NCBI GenBank assembly: GCA_028534125.1
Contig: CM052817.1
Location: 7,132,001-7,196,000 of the forward strand
Reading direction: 5' to 3'
Origin: Lama glama
Taxonomy: Eukaryota
Length of the DNA stretch: 64,000 nucleotides
Positions 50,095 to 63,196 of this stretch are shown piece after piece. Made by a program: the position numbers and the translations under genes. Under the pieces are notes generated by a model, which was given only the letters and a program-made list of their open reading frames with translations, searched no databases and was not told where the DNA came from. How positions within the stretch are numbered: position 1 is the first letter of the stretch; every line of letters begins with the position of its first letter.

Positions 50095-50340
50095 AGAATA
50101 TATTTAGAAAGTCTCTACTCCAATACCAGGTACTGCTTCAGATAACTGAGGTGCCGCCATGTACAAATTAAATGTTGTCACCGTCCTTACGACATATAAT
50201 AGTAGTAGATAACCACATATAATAGAAGTAGTTAACCACAAGGTGACAGGCAGGAAAAAATATTCTGATACAAGCCCTGATAGTGGGATGTTATGAAGAA
50301 CAGGAGAGGTGTCCCTAACCTGAATTTAGGGATCAAGATC
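50095..50340 (-). mobile_element. L2 fragment
   Basis: tatttagaaagtctctactccaataccaggtactg...gatgttatgaagaacaggagaggtgtccctaacc. Confidence 0.5.
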
Positions 50341-50479
50341 ATAGGCGCCAACGTTGATTGAATCTATTTGTGTTGAAAACTTTGAGGTACTTTCACATTT
50401 CTTGTTCAGTCACTATTGATTAGCTACCTGAAACATTTAAGTCAGTCTTCTAAAGGCACAAGATCATTTAAAGAAGCTG

Positions 50480-50680
50480 CATCAGGTCCAACAACTCTTA
50501 ACTGGCACTTTCTGGCTGTGTCCTTGAGTAAATAATGCATTTTCTCTAAACCACAGAATTTTCATCTGTTTGATGGGGCTTGTAATATACACTCATACTT
50601 CTTTTTAGCATTGTTGGGAGGATGTAATGGGATAATGGATCTGAAAGGACTTAGTAAGTCATGATGTTTATATATAATTA
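50480..50680 (+). mobile_element. MIR SINE
   Basis: ctggctgtgtccttgagtaaat...ttttcatctgtttgatgggg...ttgttgggaggatgtaatgggataatg. Confidence 0.65.
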
Positions 50681-51224
50681 TAATTCACTCTAAAGACTGT
50701 CAAGTACCTACCACTTACCAATTTAACATCCCTCTGAATGAAGAGGAAACTCGGATGTAAGTCATTCCACGATTTATACCAAATACGTGGTGTCGAGAGG
50801 GAACACAACGTGAGAGACATTGTTCTTAGAAGAGCCACTCAGTGGATGGATTCAGTCAGGCTGGCGTTCAGTATAGGACAAACAGAGGGCGCTGAGCTGA
50901 GAACTGCTAGTGAAATTTCTGTGGACAAACTGGTTTGGTGTGTATCATGTGCTTTTGTGTGTCTGTAACTTTCCAAGTCTTTCCCACTTTACTTCAGGGT
51001 GGTTTTGACAGCTTCATTAATGACATGGTCATAGATTATTGGACATGCAAACTTTTACCTTTTCCCATTTCTATGTAATATTTATTAAACTTCCAGACTT
51101 ACATTCTTCTGAGGAATGGATGCTGAATCATGGTGAAAAATATACTATGAATTATTAATATAAGGATTGTAGAAGCAGCAATCATACAGCTTAAATTATT
51201 GCATACTTGCTGTATGCCATGCTA

Positions 51225-51527
51225 TTTTAGCCAGCTCAGGCTACTGTAACAAAATACCACAACTGAATGGCTTGAACAACAGAAATACATTTATCACAGT
51301 TCTGGAGGCTAGCAGTCCAACATCAAGGTGCTGGCAGACGGTGTGTTCACTGAGCGCCTATGTCCTGATTCATAGACGGCCATCTTTTCCTGGGTGTCTT
51401 CACCTGGTGGAAAGGGCTGAAAACTCTCTGAGGTCTCTTTTCTAAAAGCACAAATGCCACTCATGAGGGCTCCATCTTCAAGATGTAACCACCTTCCAAA
51501 GGCCCCACCTTCTAACACCATCCCATC
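51225..51527 (-). mobile_element. MLT1A-like MaLR LTR, antisense, cut by the gap
   Basis: gctactgtaacaaaataccacaactgaatggcttgaacaacagaaa...cacagttctggaggctagcagtccaacatcaaggtgctggcag...aaaggccccaccttctaacaccatc. Confidence 0.88.
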
Positions 51528-52027
51528 NNNNNNNNNNNNNNNNNNNNNNNNNNNNNNNNNNNNNNNNNNNNNNNNNNNNNNNNNNNNNNNNNNNNNNNNN
51601 NNNNNNNNNNNNNNNNNNNNNNNNNNNNNNNNNNNNNNNNNNNNNNNNNNNNNNNNNNNNNNNNNNNNNNNNNNNNNNNNNNNNNNNNNNNNNNNNNNNN
51701 NNNNNNNNNNNNNNNNNNNNNNNNNNNNNNNNNNNNNNNNNNNNNNNNNNNNNNNNNNNNNNNNNNNNNNNNNNNNNNNNNNNNNNNNNNNNNNNNNNNN
51801 NNNNNNNNNNNNNNNNNNNNNNNNNNNNNNNNNNNNNNNNNNNNNNNNNNNNNNNNNNNNNNNNNNNNNNNNNNNNNNNNNNNNNNNNNNNNNNNNNNNN
51901 NNNNNNNNNNNNNNNNNNNNNNNNNNNNNNNNNNNNNNNNNNNNNNNNNNNNNNNNNNNNNNNNNNNNNNNNNNNNNNNNNNNNNNNNNNNNNNNNNNNN
52001 NNNNNNNNNNNNNNNNNNNNNNNNNNN
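51528..52027. other. Assembly gap (500 N)
   Basis: Run of N. Confidence 1.
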
Positions 52028-53649
52028 AATATGAGCAAAACAGTTTTAGAGAATGGAATTTATGAGAGAGGTGGGATTTAAGGTCAAAATGTGATACTGA
52101 GGCCGGATTGTGGGGCCATTTGAATGCCAGGCTTAGAAGTTTGAATTTTACTTCATCCTTTAAGACCTAGAGAAGACCTTTGCTTCCATAAATAAAAGAC
52201 AGTATTTTCTTCCCAGCAGTCAGCACAGCTGACTTATTTTGGGCTCTGTTGTGTTAGCCCTGACACTGTCCTTTTGGCTTGTTTGTTTTTCTTTATTTTA
52301 TAAAATAACCCAGTTAATTGTAAACAAATACAAAATAACCAAATCAGAAAATAAAAGCCGTACATAAATCCACTCCACAAATAGTCAGTTTAATATACCT
52401 TCCAGATAAATACACAAATATGTACATCACACACACAGAGATGCAGAGTCTTAATAAAAAAGCCACTTCTTTGTAATTCTCCATTTCTATACTTGCCATT
52501 ACAGGAATACATTTATGTACAAAGTTATCAACTTAACTCAAAATATTTATGAGTTATATACATATTGGTGAAAAAAACTTTAAAACTACTAAAAATTCAT
52601 AATCTCACTGAGGTCAGAAATATAATATTCACATTCATGATAGAAACTAATGTTTTCCAAAAACTCTTTTTATCCCATCCACATAGATAAATCCTTGTTG
52701 AAAAATTGATATACATCTTTCCTCTTTTTTAAAAAAATTAAATTATATAACATATAAAAATGATGTTATATAAAATATAATATCCATTAAAACACATGCA
52801 TATGTGTGTGTGGACACACTTTTAGATGCACACACACACATATGTATTTTAATGAAATTGTTGTCATTTCTACTCACAGGACTGAAGCTTGCATTTTTTT
52901 CATTTAACTTACCATGGAAAATGTGCACCTAGCTCTTCTTAATAGATTAAGAGCATGGATGCATTTAGCCATTCTTCTTATTGTTGAAAATGAAAGTTTT
53001 TTCTTTACTATGACTTTGAGCCATGTTTACTTTATGAATTTATAATACATTTTGGCTATGAATACAATCTGAATACACTTCTACTTTTTTGCCTAAAACT
53101 CTAGTCCAAAGATTGTTTCCAATGCTGGATGTTCTGGAGGTTACTCCCACAAACCAAATCTTCAAAGAAGTTCTGTACTTCAATAGTTAGATGAGCTGTC
53201 ACATCCACCAATCTCATTTAAAAAAAAAATTACATACCTTGAATGTGCCAGAAACTGCATGTTAAGGATTCAGACATGTTTCAGATCTAATCTTTACTCT
53301 CAAGCAACAGTAAGTTCAGAAATTAATGAACTACACTGCAAAGTTTCAAATGCGTTTATGAAAACTTAATTTTGTCCCTGATGCAACCTAGACTCATTTG
53401 TCCCCATGATTCAGATACGCCTCAGATTGTCGGAGGACTGCTGGTGTGTATGCACATAATATATTCTCTTTATGACTGACAGTCTCAGGAGTTTGTTTGT
53501 TTTTTTATGAAAAAATGGCCCTAAAACATAGATCTGCAAGGAACATAATGACTGGCCTGAGGTACACCAGAAGTCTGCTGGTAGAGTAACTCTAAGGACA
53601 GGAGAAATGGCACCTGTGTACTACTGAGGTCAAAACTCTGATGTTACAA

Positions 53650-53900
53650 AGCTCTTGCTTAATATCCCAACTCCACTACTTGTCAGCTGTGGAATTTTGA
53701 CAAGGTATTTGACCTCCCTGTGCCTCAGTTTCTCTGTTTTTAAATATATGATTTTAAGGTTACACGCCCCATGGAATTGTAAGGATTAAATGAGAAAATG
53801 CATGGCATGTTCCAATCACAGTGCTCCACCAAAACGAAGACTAAATACATAAATGCGTCCAATACATTCAATCAATAAGGGCAGTAAAATTTTGCTGCTA
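53650..53900 (+). mobile_element. MIR SINE
   Basis: atcccaactccactacttgtcagctgtgg...acctccctgtgcctcagtttct...gtaaggattaaatgagaaaatgcat. Confidence 0.8.
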
Positions 53901-54068
53901 TTTTATATGGGTATTTATTTTATTCATATTGTCTTATGGGATCATTCCTGATTTTTAACTCAAACGGGACATAAAAAGGGAAGTAAAAGTGAAAGAGGTG
54001 AGTTGCAATCATCTCCAGGGACCTTGAGAGGCAGACAGAATCTGTAGTGGTTGACATAGTTGACAACG

Positions 54069-54611
54069 TGTCCGGAGCCCCCAAGAACCTTTCCAGATTC
54101 AGTGATTTGCTAGGGGAACTCACAGGAATCAGCGTATGGTTATACTCATAACTAATTTATCAAAGCAAAAGGGTAAAAATCTAATTTAGCAAAGGGAAAG
54201 GGGACACGGAACAAAGTCCAGAGGAAAGCCAGGTGCAAGCTTCCAAGAGTCTCCCCATGGTGGCGCCGCACCAAACACATAATGGCTCAAGCCACGAATT
54301 ATGACCGCACATGTGAGATGCTGTCGACCAGGGGAGCTCATTGCAGACTCATCACCAGGGTTATTAGTCACTGGTCATGCAGTCACCCTCTGCTTCACAG
54401 TGTATCAAAATTCTAGAACCCCAAAGGGAAAGCAGGTATGTAGAATAAATCAAAACAAGACTTATACAAACATTTCAGTCAAGATGAGCTGCATTTACCA
54501 GTTCTGAGGATGGTAAGAAATCTAGATTCCCAGGTGCCAGTCAACCAGCCCTGAAAGGAAGCCTTTCTAAAGACAGGAGGCTTGCACATGCTGAGTTAAC
54601 TCTGCTGCACA
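54069..54611 (-). mobile_element. MER77-like ERVL solo LTR, antisense
   Basis: tgtcc...cccaaga...ttagcaaagggaaagg...aagtccagaggaaagccaggtgcaagcttccaagagtc...gcctttctaaag...gttaactctgctgcaca. Confidence 0.8.
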
Positions 54612-56619
54612 GCAATGAAAAATAAAATATTGACACAAGCATATATAACAACAAAGCCACACTGAAGGTAGAAATGTTAGCAACAGGAGTAGTATTATGA
54701 CCCTTAATATCTACGTTTATACTAAATTATCTCCTCAAACTTCGTTTACTGAACTGCCAGGAAGTAACCTCCACTTTGGAGACTTAGGACCCAGGCCAGA
54801 CAGTAGCGCTCTCAGACCTGAGCATTTTGAAATCCCGTAAGAACAGGTTCTCCATGCATCTTGGTGGTTGCAGGAACATCTTTCTTCTCCTTTTCTTTCT
54901 TTTTTTTTCTCTTTCTGGCCTCCAGGACTGACAATTTCTGCCTAGGAATCATCAATAGAGCCGGCAAGTGGCACCTTTGATAGGCATTTACTTTGACAAA
55001 GTCACAGTTGAACAGAATAGGGAAGAATAAAAATCATGGACAGGCAAGACTCCTTGGGGTTAAACATGAACTAACTCTTGGATACGCTAAGGTCAGATGA
55101 GAGACACTAGGAGGACTGGAGTTCCTGCAGAGCTGGTGAAACTCATTTCTGTGTATTCCCTTTTCCCTAGCTTTGTGCATAGTTCAACAAAGTTATATTG
55201 AGCATGTGTGTCAGGGAAACGGATGTTGAAAATAAAACAGCGAATCAGGGAAGCAGAACTCCCTGTCTTCGTGGAGTTTACGTTCTGGTAAATACAGAGC
55301 TTAGACTCATCCTGAATTCACTAAATAGATCTTTCATGCCTTCATTCAAAGCGTATTAAATTCTCAAGGGAACAAAGCCAAGGATGATGTCTGAATTTTT
55401 CCCCTAAAACACTCTTGTCTATTTATGATTAAAGGATTGTCAAGTCACCTTCAAATAAAATAAAAATAATACCCGGCTTTCATTTCATTATGTTAGCTCT
55501 GTGATAAAATATTTACTTACTCTATCCAAACAGGGCACTGGAGTTTGGCAAGACTTGCCCTTCAATGGTCCATTCAGTCCTGCAGTGATCATTAATTCCA
55601 CTCAGTCGGCATCCATTCAGTTATTGGGTATTTCTCAAGTACCTAATTAGAGGCATCGCATATGCTAAGCATTTAAATACAACATCTATTTAATTGCCTA
55701 CTTTAGATGGTGCAAAAAACCTGTAATATCTAATATGAATTATGTTCTTCCCTTTAACAATTGGAGACAGTTTCTCACCTTTATAGCTCCTGGCTCTTTT
55801 CTCTTCCTTTAGGATTCTCCATGTGCAATGACAGTTGCTCAGATATCACATTGGCAGGTTCCTTCAGCATCCAGAGATGTGATTCCTGACAGCTGTATAA
55901 ATTAATGGGTAAGCGCAGATTTCTCGTAACTGTGGCATTCAGAACCATCACGTTCAATGACACTCCCTATCACTGGGTGCCAATGAATGCAATCAGCAAT
56001 ATCTCCATAATAGCTTTGATTCATCCCAGAGTGATTTTGAATTACTTATGATGGGTTCTCTTAAATCTCTAATTCACCGTCATGGCCATGTAGCTTGTTT
56101 TCACATAGTATTTGTTGCTGGGGAGGGAAGACCTGGCAAGAAAAATATAATTCACATGTGACAAGTTGAACTAGGTTGTCAACAGATTTTTTACAAAGGC
56201 GCTGTGAAGCATAATTGGAAGCAATGTGGAAGAGCTGCTGATTCCTGGGAATTGACATCTGTAAAGAGGCTACTTGTCAATCTCAAGCCATGTGTCTCTG
56301 CTAGAGAAAGAAAAGACAAATTTTCCTAAAAGGAAAAAAAAAAAGGTTTTAAGGGGGTGGGAGAGGGCCTGGGAAGTCATAGCTATTTTGAGGTCAATTG
56401 TTGTAGGCACACAAAACAAAAAGGTCTCAAGGTCACATTGCATCGTTCCATAGGCACATTGATACTGCCATCACCACCATTTCTGCATGGGTGAAATGCA
56501 TTTTTAGCAACTTTCAAATGACTTTCAAATGACATATAACCATGCACACACACACATAAATTTTTGGTATATAATTTTGGGCTATAATTGGGAAAACTCT
56601 AAACTATACTGAAAATCCC

Positions 56620-56760
56620 TGGATAGGACAGAAGACCTGAGTGTTTTTACTGCCTTTTCTCCTTGCAATGGGATCTAGGTAAGTCGAGTCACCTCTTTGT
56701 GTCTCAGTTTCTTCACCTGTAAAATGAGGGAATTGGATGCAATACACAGAGTTTCCTCCT
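56620..56760 (+). mobile_element. MIR fragment
   Basis: cagaagacctgagtg...cacctctttgtgtctcagtttcttcacctgtaaaatgagggaattgg. Confidence 0.75.
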
Positions 56761-57799
56761 ATTATTTTTCTACTCCTAATCTTTATTTAGTAAATGTTTC
56801 TAGGCTAGCTATATAGATAAGTATAGAGATACCTGAATTATATAGGATGTCACATAAGATGTACCCATGTTTACAGTCCCTTTTCAAATAATACATGATC
56901 ATGAAAGCTCATATGATTCAGAAAGGAAAGGAAGGACAGAAACAAACACAAGAGAGGAAAGGATGTGACAGATGAAAACAGAAAGAAAGAAGTGAAAGTT
57001 TGAAAAGTTATTATGAAATGACCTGCCTCTTAGTAGGAACTTCATGAATATTTAATATATATTTGTTGATTTTGGGTGGTCTTGAGACTAATAGGAGATG
57101 TTATATGTTAGAACAAAACAACATGTTTGAAAGTTCATAAACGTGGGTTGTTGAAAAACAAACTAGAACCTGCTTTAGTGGTGGATTCCTCATTACTACT
57201 GAAAGAATTCTGAGGTCCCTCTTAGTACAAGTAGCACCAATGCCATCAAAACATATGGAATTCCCAGTGGATGACTTATCACTGATAATGGGCAGACGGA
57301 GCCCACTTCTTTACCTCAATGTTCAACAAAAAGCAGTCAAAATATAAGCATGCAATGCCATTTTTAGATTTTAATAATAATAATATAGGCACATCTTGTT
57401 TCACTTGGCATCACTTTATTGTGCTTCACAGATATTCCATTTTTTTTAGATTGAAAGTTTGCAGCAATCTTACATGGAGCAAGTCGACCAGCACCATTTT
57501 TCCAACAGCATTTGCTCACTTCATGTCTCTGTGTCACAGTTTAATAATTCTAACAATATTTCAAACTTTTTACTGCTGTTGCATTTGCTATGGTGATCTG
57601 CGATTGGTGATCTTTGATATTACAATTGTGGTTGTTTGGGGACACCATGAATCTCACCCATATAAGACAGCAAACTTAATAAATGCATGTTCTGACTATT
57701 CCACCATCCAGACATCCCCCGTCTCTCTCTCCCTCTGCTCAGGACTTCCTATTTCCTGAGACAAAAGTGGATTAAAGTTAGGCCAGTAATAACCAGACA

Positions 57800-59585
57800 A
57801 AGACAATGAGTGAAAGAGGCGTCTGATGCCTCTGACTTAAAATCAAAAGCTAGAAATAGGTAAACTTACCAAGGAAGGCATGCTGAAAGCAAATATAGGC
57901 AACAATCTAGGGCTCTCTCACCAAACATTGATGAGTTGTAATTGCAAAGGAAAAGCTCGTGAAAGAAATTAAAAGTGCTACTGCAGCAAACACACAAATG
58001 ATTTTTACAAAGCCAAACAGACTTATTGCTGATACAGAGAAAGCTGGAGTGGTCTGGATAGAAGATCAACAAGTCACAACATTCCCTTAACCCAAAGCCT
58101 AACCTAGTGCAAGGTGCTAACCTCTATTCAATTCTGTGTAGGCTGAGAGAGATAAGGAAGCTGCAGAAGAAAAGTTTGAAGCTACCAGAGGTTGGGTCAT
58201 GAGATTTCAGGAAAGAAGCCATCTCTGTAACATCAAAGTGCAAGGTGAAGCAGCAAATGCTGATGTAGGAGCTACAGCAAATTAATCAGATCTAGATAAT
58301 TCATGAAAGTGGCTACACTAAACAACAGATTTTCACTGCAGATGAAACAAGTCTTCTATCACAAGAAGACGCCATCTTGTATTTTCATAGCTAGAGAGGA
58401 GAAGTCAATGCCTGGTTTCAAAGCTTCAAAGAACAGGCTGTCTCTATTGTTAGGGGCTAATGTAGCTGGTGACTTTAAGTTGAAGCCAATGCTCATTCAC
58501 CATTCTGAAAATCCTAGGGCCCTTAAGAATGATGCTAAGTCTTCTCTGCCTGTGCTCTATAAATGGAATGAGGCATGGATGACAGCTCATCTGTTCACAA
58601 CATGGCTTACTGAATATTTTAAGCCCACTGTTGAGATCTAATACTCAGAAAAAAGAGAATCTTTTCAAAAGATGACAGCTCATGGATAAAGTACCTGGTA
58701 ACCCAAGAATTCTAATGGAAGTATACAATGAGATTAATAATGTTTTCATGCCTGCTAACATAACATCTATTTTGCATCCCCTGGACCAAGGAGTAAGTTT
58801 GACTTTCAAGGCCATTATTTCAGAGATACGTTTCATAAGGCTATAGCTGCTGTAGGTGCTGTAGGTTGTTGAAGTTGGGGGTGGCTGTGACAGTAGCTTA
58901 AAATAAGACAACAGTGATGTTCACTGTACTGATTGACTCTTTCTTTCATGGATGAGCATAAGGCTGTAGGTGCTGATTCATCTGATGGCTCTGGGCAAAG
59001 TAAATTAAAACAGTCTGGAAATATTTACCATTCTATTTGCCATTAAGAACATTCGTGATTCAAAGGAAGAAGTCAAAATTCCAATATTAACAGGAGTTTG
59101 GAAGAAGTTAAATCTAATTCTCATGGATGACTTTGAGGAGTTCTAAACTTCAGTGGAGGGAGTTATTACAGATGTGATAGAAATAGCAAGAGAACTAGAA
59201 TTAGAAGCGGAGCCTGAAGATGTAACTGACTAGCTGCAAATCTCATGATAAAGCTTTAACAGATGAGGAGTTGCTTCTTATGGATGAGCAAAGAAAATGG
59301 TTTCTTGAGATGGAATCTACTCCTGGTGAAGATGCTGTGAAGATTGTTGAAATAACAAAAGAGGACTTAGAATATTACATAAACTTAGTTGACAAAGCAA
59401 TAGCAAATTTTAAGAGGATTGACTCCCATTTTGAAAGAAGTTGTACTGTGGGTAAAATGCTATCAAGAGCATTGCATGCTACAGAGAACTCATCCATGAA
59501 AGAAAGAGTCAATCAATACAGTGAATATCATTGTTGTCTTATTTCAAGATACTGTCACAGCCACCCCCAACTTCAACAACCCTGA
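57800..59585 (+). pseudogene. Disrupted Tigger1 transposase coding region (CENP-B-like HTH plus DDE domain) and downstream Tigger1 ORF remnant
   Basis: ORF 58303-58641 ([45 protein letters not shown]...[17 protein letters not shown]) and ORF 59271-59585 (LLMDEQRKWFLEMESTPGEDAV...). Many stops and frameshifts. Confidence 0.92.
58864..58956 (-). repeat. 93-bp inverted copy of 59489-59581
   Basis: Reverse complement differs at 5 of 93 positions by hand alignment. Confidence 0.93.
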
Positions 59586-61559
59586 TCAGTCAGCAGCCAT
59601 CAACACTGAGGCAAGTCTCTCCACCAGAAAAAGATTACTACTCTCTGACAGTTCAGGTAATGTTTAGCATTTTAAGAATTTTTAATTAAGTGTGCCCATT
59701 GTTTTCTTAGACATAATGTTATTGCACACTTAATAGACTACAGATAGTGTAAATTTAATTTTATATGCACTGGGAAACCAAAACAGTCCTGCGACTCACT
59801 TTATTGTGAGATTTGCTTTACTGTAGTGGTCTGGAACTGTCCTTGCAATGTCTCCAAGGTTGGCCTGCATTACTGAACACCGCTCAAGTCCGTGCAGCAT
59901 TTATCCTTAGCAGATACGGGTTTTGATGGACACTCTTTCATGCTGTTAGATCCTTTGGTTAGTTTCAAATTTTCCACCCCTGGTAACTGTTTTCTAGTCA
60001 TAGACCTTTACATAATCTTTAATAGTAACATGCTGAAGACTCTTTAAAAAGGGGGTTAATTTGACTCCCTAATTTGTTTATTGTGCCTGGCTCAAGCATC
60101 TAAGATGGCAACGTTTATCATTTGCTCAAACTAGCTACACTGAATGTCATAAGCCCTAATTCTACATCAGCCATGTCTTGGTTATATATGAGCTTAATCT
60201 CAGTCATCAGGTGAACATCTGCTCACTCCTCACTGTGGGGAGGAGCACTGGAGAGGAAGGAGGAGTAAAGAGGTAGGGGAAAGGCAATGAGAAGGACAGG
60301 CTTAAAAGTGGAATGTGAACCTCGCTCCATGAAGGGATATGTGACCAGACCAGTGGTGAGATTAGCGATGGTTATGCTTGACACAATGGGATTTTCAACT
60401 CATCATTCCATTGCTTGGTAGTTAATGTAATTTGATTTTCTCTGTTTTATATATTTTAAAAAATACTCACAAATTACAGTTTCTCAGTTATTGCCCTTTA
60501 GTGGACATCTATCAGTTTACACAATGTCCATTTAAAAAAATGGCTATTAGCTTAATCAGTTGCCCGACATGTAATGGGGAACCTGAAAACATTCCTTCCG
60601 GTGTGTGACTCAGTAGAAAGTGCAAGTTCACATACTTTCCCCAGCTTTCTAATCACTTTTCAGAAGGTCTACTTGCCCAAATGCCGTATTTTAGAGGCAT
60701 AGAGTTGTTGATTTCTAACTTGAGTGCATTCTTCAGGTCTAAACAGGCATATGCTATCCATTCCTTAAAGAAGGAAACATAGATTACCAGGTGTTTGAGG
60801 AAAACCAAGCACGAAAGCTAGCATCCAAATGAAAAACACATTAACACCCAAAGAAACAGATAGTTGGTGGACAAAACCAACACTGAGACATATACACGTT
60901 ATTTTTCTTATAAATGGAACCATGATATGTGGGATTTGCAACTTTTCCTTTGTTTATTTGGTTTTACTTAACACATGAATGAAGAGCTTGACCACGCGGC
61001 AGGCTCCAAGGATTGGCTACTGGTTCTCTGTATTCTGTGGCATAAGGCTATAGGTCTTCCATCTTATTCTTGCTCAGCTATTAATTTAAATCCCGTGAGT
61101 CTCTGGACAGCCTAGAGATTAGCGTTCCTTGAGGTCGGGTGTCCAGCTCTGACCCACATAGTGCTCATCTCTTGATTAAGGATCAGAATAGACTGCTTCC
61201 ATCTCTAGAGGTCAGGATGTAGATCATAAAGACAGAAGGATTTCCATTATTGTTTGGAAGATCATATATTATATTTTCTGCTTTAAGACATTTATTTATT
61301 TAAATAATTTCTTAAAATCTTGATTTTTAAATGTTTTTCTTACATCTTTGCCCTCTCTCTATCATCATGACACCCAGATACTAATATTAACAGCGTGTGT
61401 GTATCATTCTTTGCGTTTTCCTATGCTCATATAATCATAGACATATACACACATGCACACTCACTGGGCTTGTTGTTAATAGTTTTGCAAAACTATTTTT
61501 TATTACATATACCAAACCGATACTATTAACCATATATAATGTAAAGGAAGTTGCCTTAC

Positions 61560-62435
61560 ATAGTTGAAAATATTGTAAATTACGACAGACTTCTGAGAAG
61601 GTAATTTGGGGAAATTTATCAAATATTTGAAAATGCCTGTGTCCACCACTGTAGCAATCCTACCTCTAGGTATGTGTTCTAGAAAAAGACACACCCAGGG
61701 GCCTAAAGAGGAGAGAGAGAATACAAGCATAACAAATGCAGCATCATTTCAACAGTGAAAATCATTGACATTGTAGAAGCATCTTAAACATTCTTCAGTG
61801 AAAAAAACGGCTAAATAAATTGTGACTCTCCATAAGGTGAGATTCGGCCAGAGCCCGGTTCTACATTAAGCTCAGCAGGCCCAGTGCCCAGGGCCCACAC
61901 AAATACTTTCCTTTTAATTTCTTTGAATATCAGAGAAAATGAATCTAACAATAATTATATAATAATTATTCCATCCTGGATTATATTCATTTTTATACCA
62001 GTACAATCATAAAAGATCATTTTTAATATTACTTTTTTAATGTAAAAGGGGCCCATGGAGGCAAACTTTGGTAGAGCCTGTGAAAGTCACATTTCAGCTC
62101 TGCTTTTAAAAGTAATGATGCATATTTACATAGGCTGCAATGTTAATATTTTCAAAGTAACTTAATAAATTCAAACAGTAGTATTTTGAACAATGTGAAT
62201 ATTATTCTACAAGATATTTTAGAAGACATTGTACGATGTCTATGTGTAAAGTGTATAAATACGAAAGCCATCTGGAAGAATGCACATTTAGCTTAAAATA
62301 AGAGATGCTTTTACTAACAGGAGTGGCTTGATGATGTGTGTATGAAGGGAACTTTTAATTTTCTTTATGTTCTTAGATTTTTTTTTAATTATTTTATAGC
62401 AAGGTTGTGGATTTGAGTTACATTATAATAAAAAT
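61560..62435 (+). mobile_element. L1ME-like 3' fragment interrupted by a probable hAT element (~61849-62102)
   Basis: gcaatcctacctctaggtatgtgttctag...ggctaaataaattgtg. The insert is bounded by cagagc...gctctg and carries gggccc subterminal motifs. Confidence 0.55.
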
Positions 62436-62451
62436 TCTCTTGAATATAATG

Positions 62452-63170
62452 TTCTTGTTACCTTTGTGCATAAAAAATTGAATCAGAACCTAGTGGTTTA
62501 AAGCAACATTTCTTATTATGTTCTCAAATTCTGAAGGTCAGCAAGTTGGACAGAGTACAGCAGAGACAGCTCATCCCGGCTTCATCAAGCTGGGGCCTCA
62601 GCTTGAATGGATTAAAGACTGGCCATCGCTTGATGGCTGGGGGCTGGAATTATCTGACATGTCTGGTGCCTGGGCTGGGATGAATAGAGGACTCAGCCTG
62701 CTGACTATAGAGCATGCATGCGATCTCACCACGTCACTTGGCCTGCTCACACAAGGCTACCCCAGGGCAGTTGGACTGTCTAAACAACAGCTGGAGCTTC
62801 AAGCATGAGTGTTCCAATGGATAAAGCAAAAGCCCCATCCATCACCTTTTAGGATCAAGCCTTGGAAATTGCAATGTCACTTCTGCCATATTCAAAACAG
62901 TCATAAACTGCTGCCTCCATCCCCAAATCTGGATGTTCACATGATGAAAGAGCATGAGCAATGTTGTCATGGCCATCTTTTACAGATACAGCTAACCACA
63001 GTCTGCCCTCTGATCACAAAAATGTACATCCCCCCAATATACAAGATACACTCATGCTCTGTGCTAAGACTGCTAAAATTTGGTCCCATTATGATGGCAT
63101 CAACTCCAAGTCTAGAATCCTATCATCAAAGTCAGATCCATCTCAAGAGGAAGCCCCCTCCATGTGACAG
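62452..63170 (-). mobile_element. MLT1-type LTR (~62452-63000) plus adjoining MaLR internal sequence, antisense
   Basis: agtggtttaaagcaacatttcttattatgttctcaaattctg...ggccatctttt...ctaaccaca, followed by gtctgccctctg (polypurine tract on the minus strand). Confidence 0.7.
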
Positions 63171-63196
63171 ATCTAGGACACAGTGTCTATTAATGG

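Larger units (their letters stand above)
57386..59867 (+). mobile_element. Full-length fossil Tigger1 (TcMar/pogo) DNA transposon
   Basis: Left end ta|taggcacatcttg and right end ccaaggttggcctg|ca are degenerate CAGGCATACCTCG TIRs with a TA site. About 2.48 kb, with colinear transposase remnants. Confidence 0.95.

Noticed and set aside
57800..59585. Domesticated TIGD1/CENP-B-like gene
   Set aside because: Multiple stops, frameshifts and an internal insertion interrupt the frame, and the element retains transposon termini.
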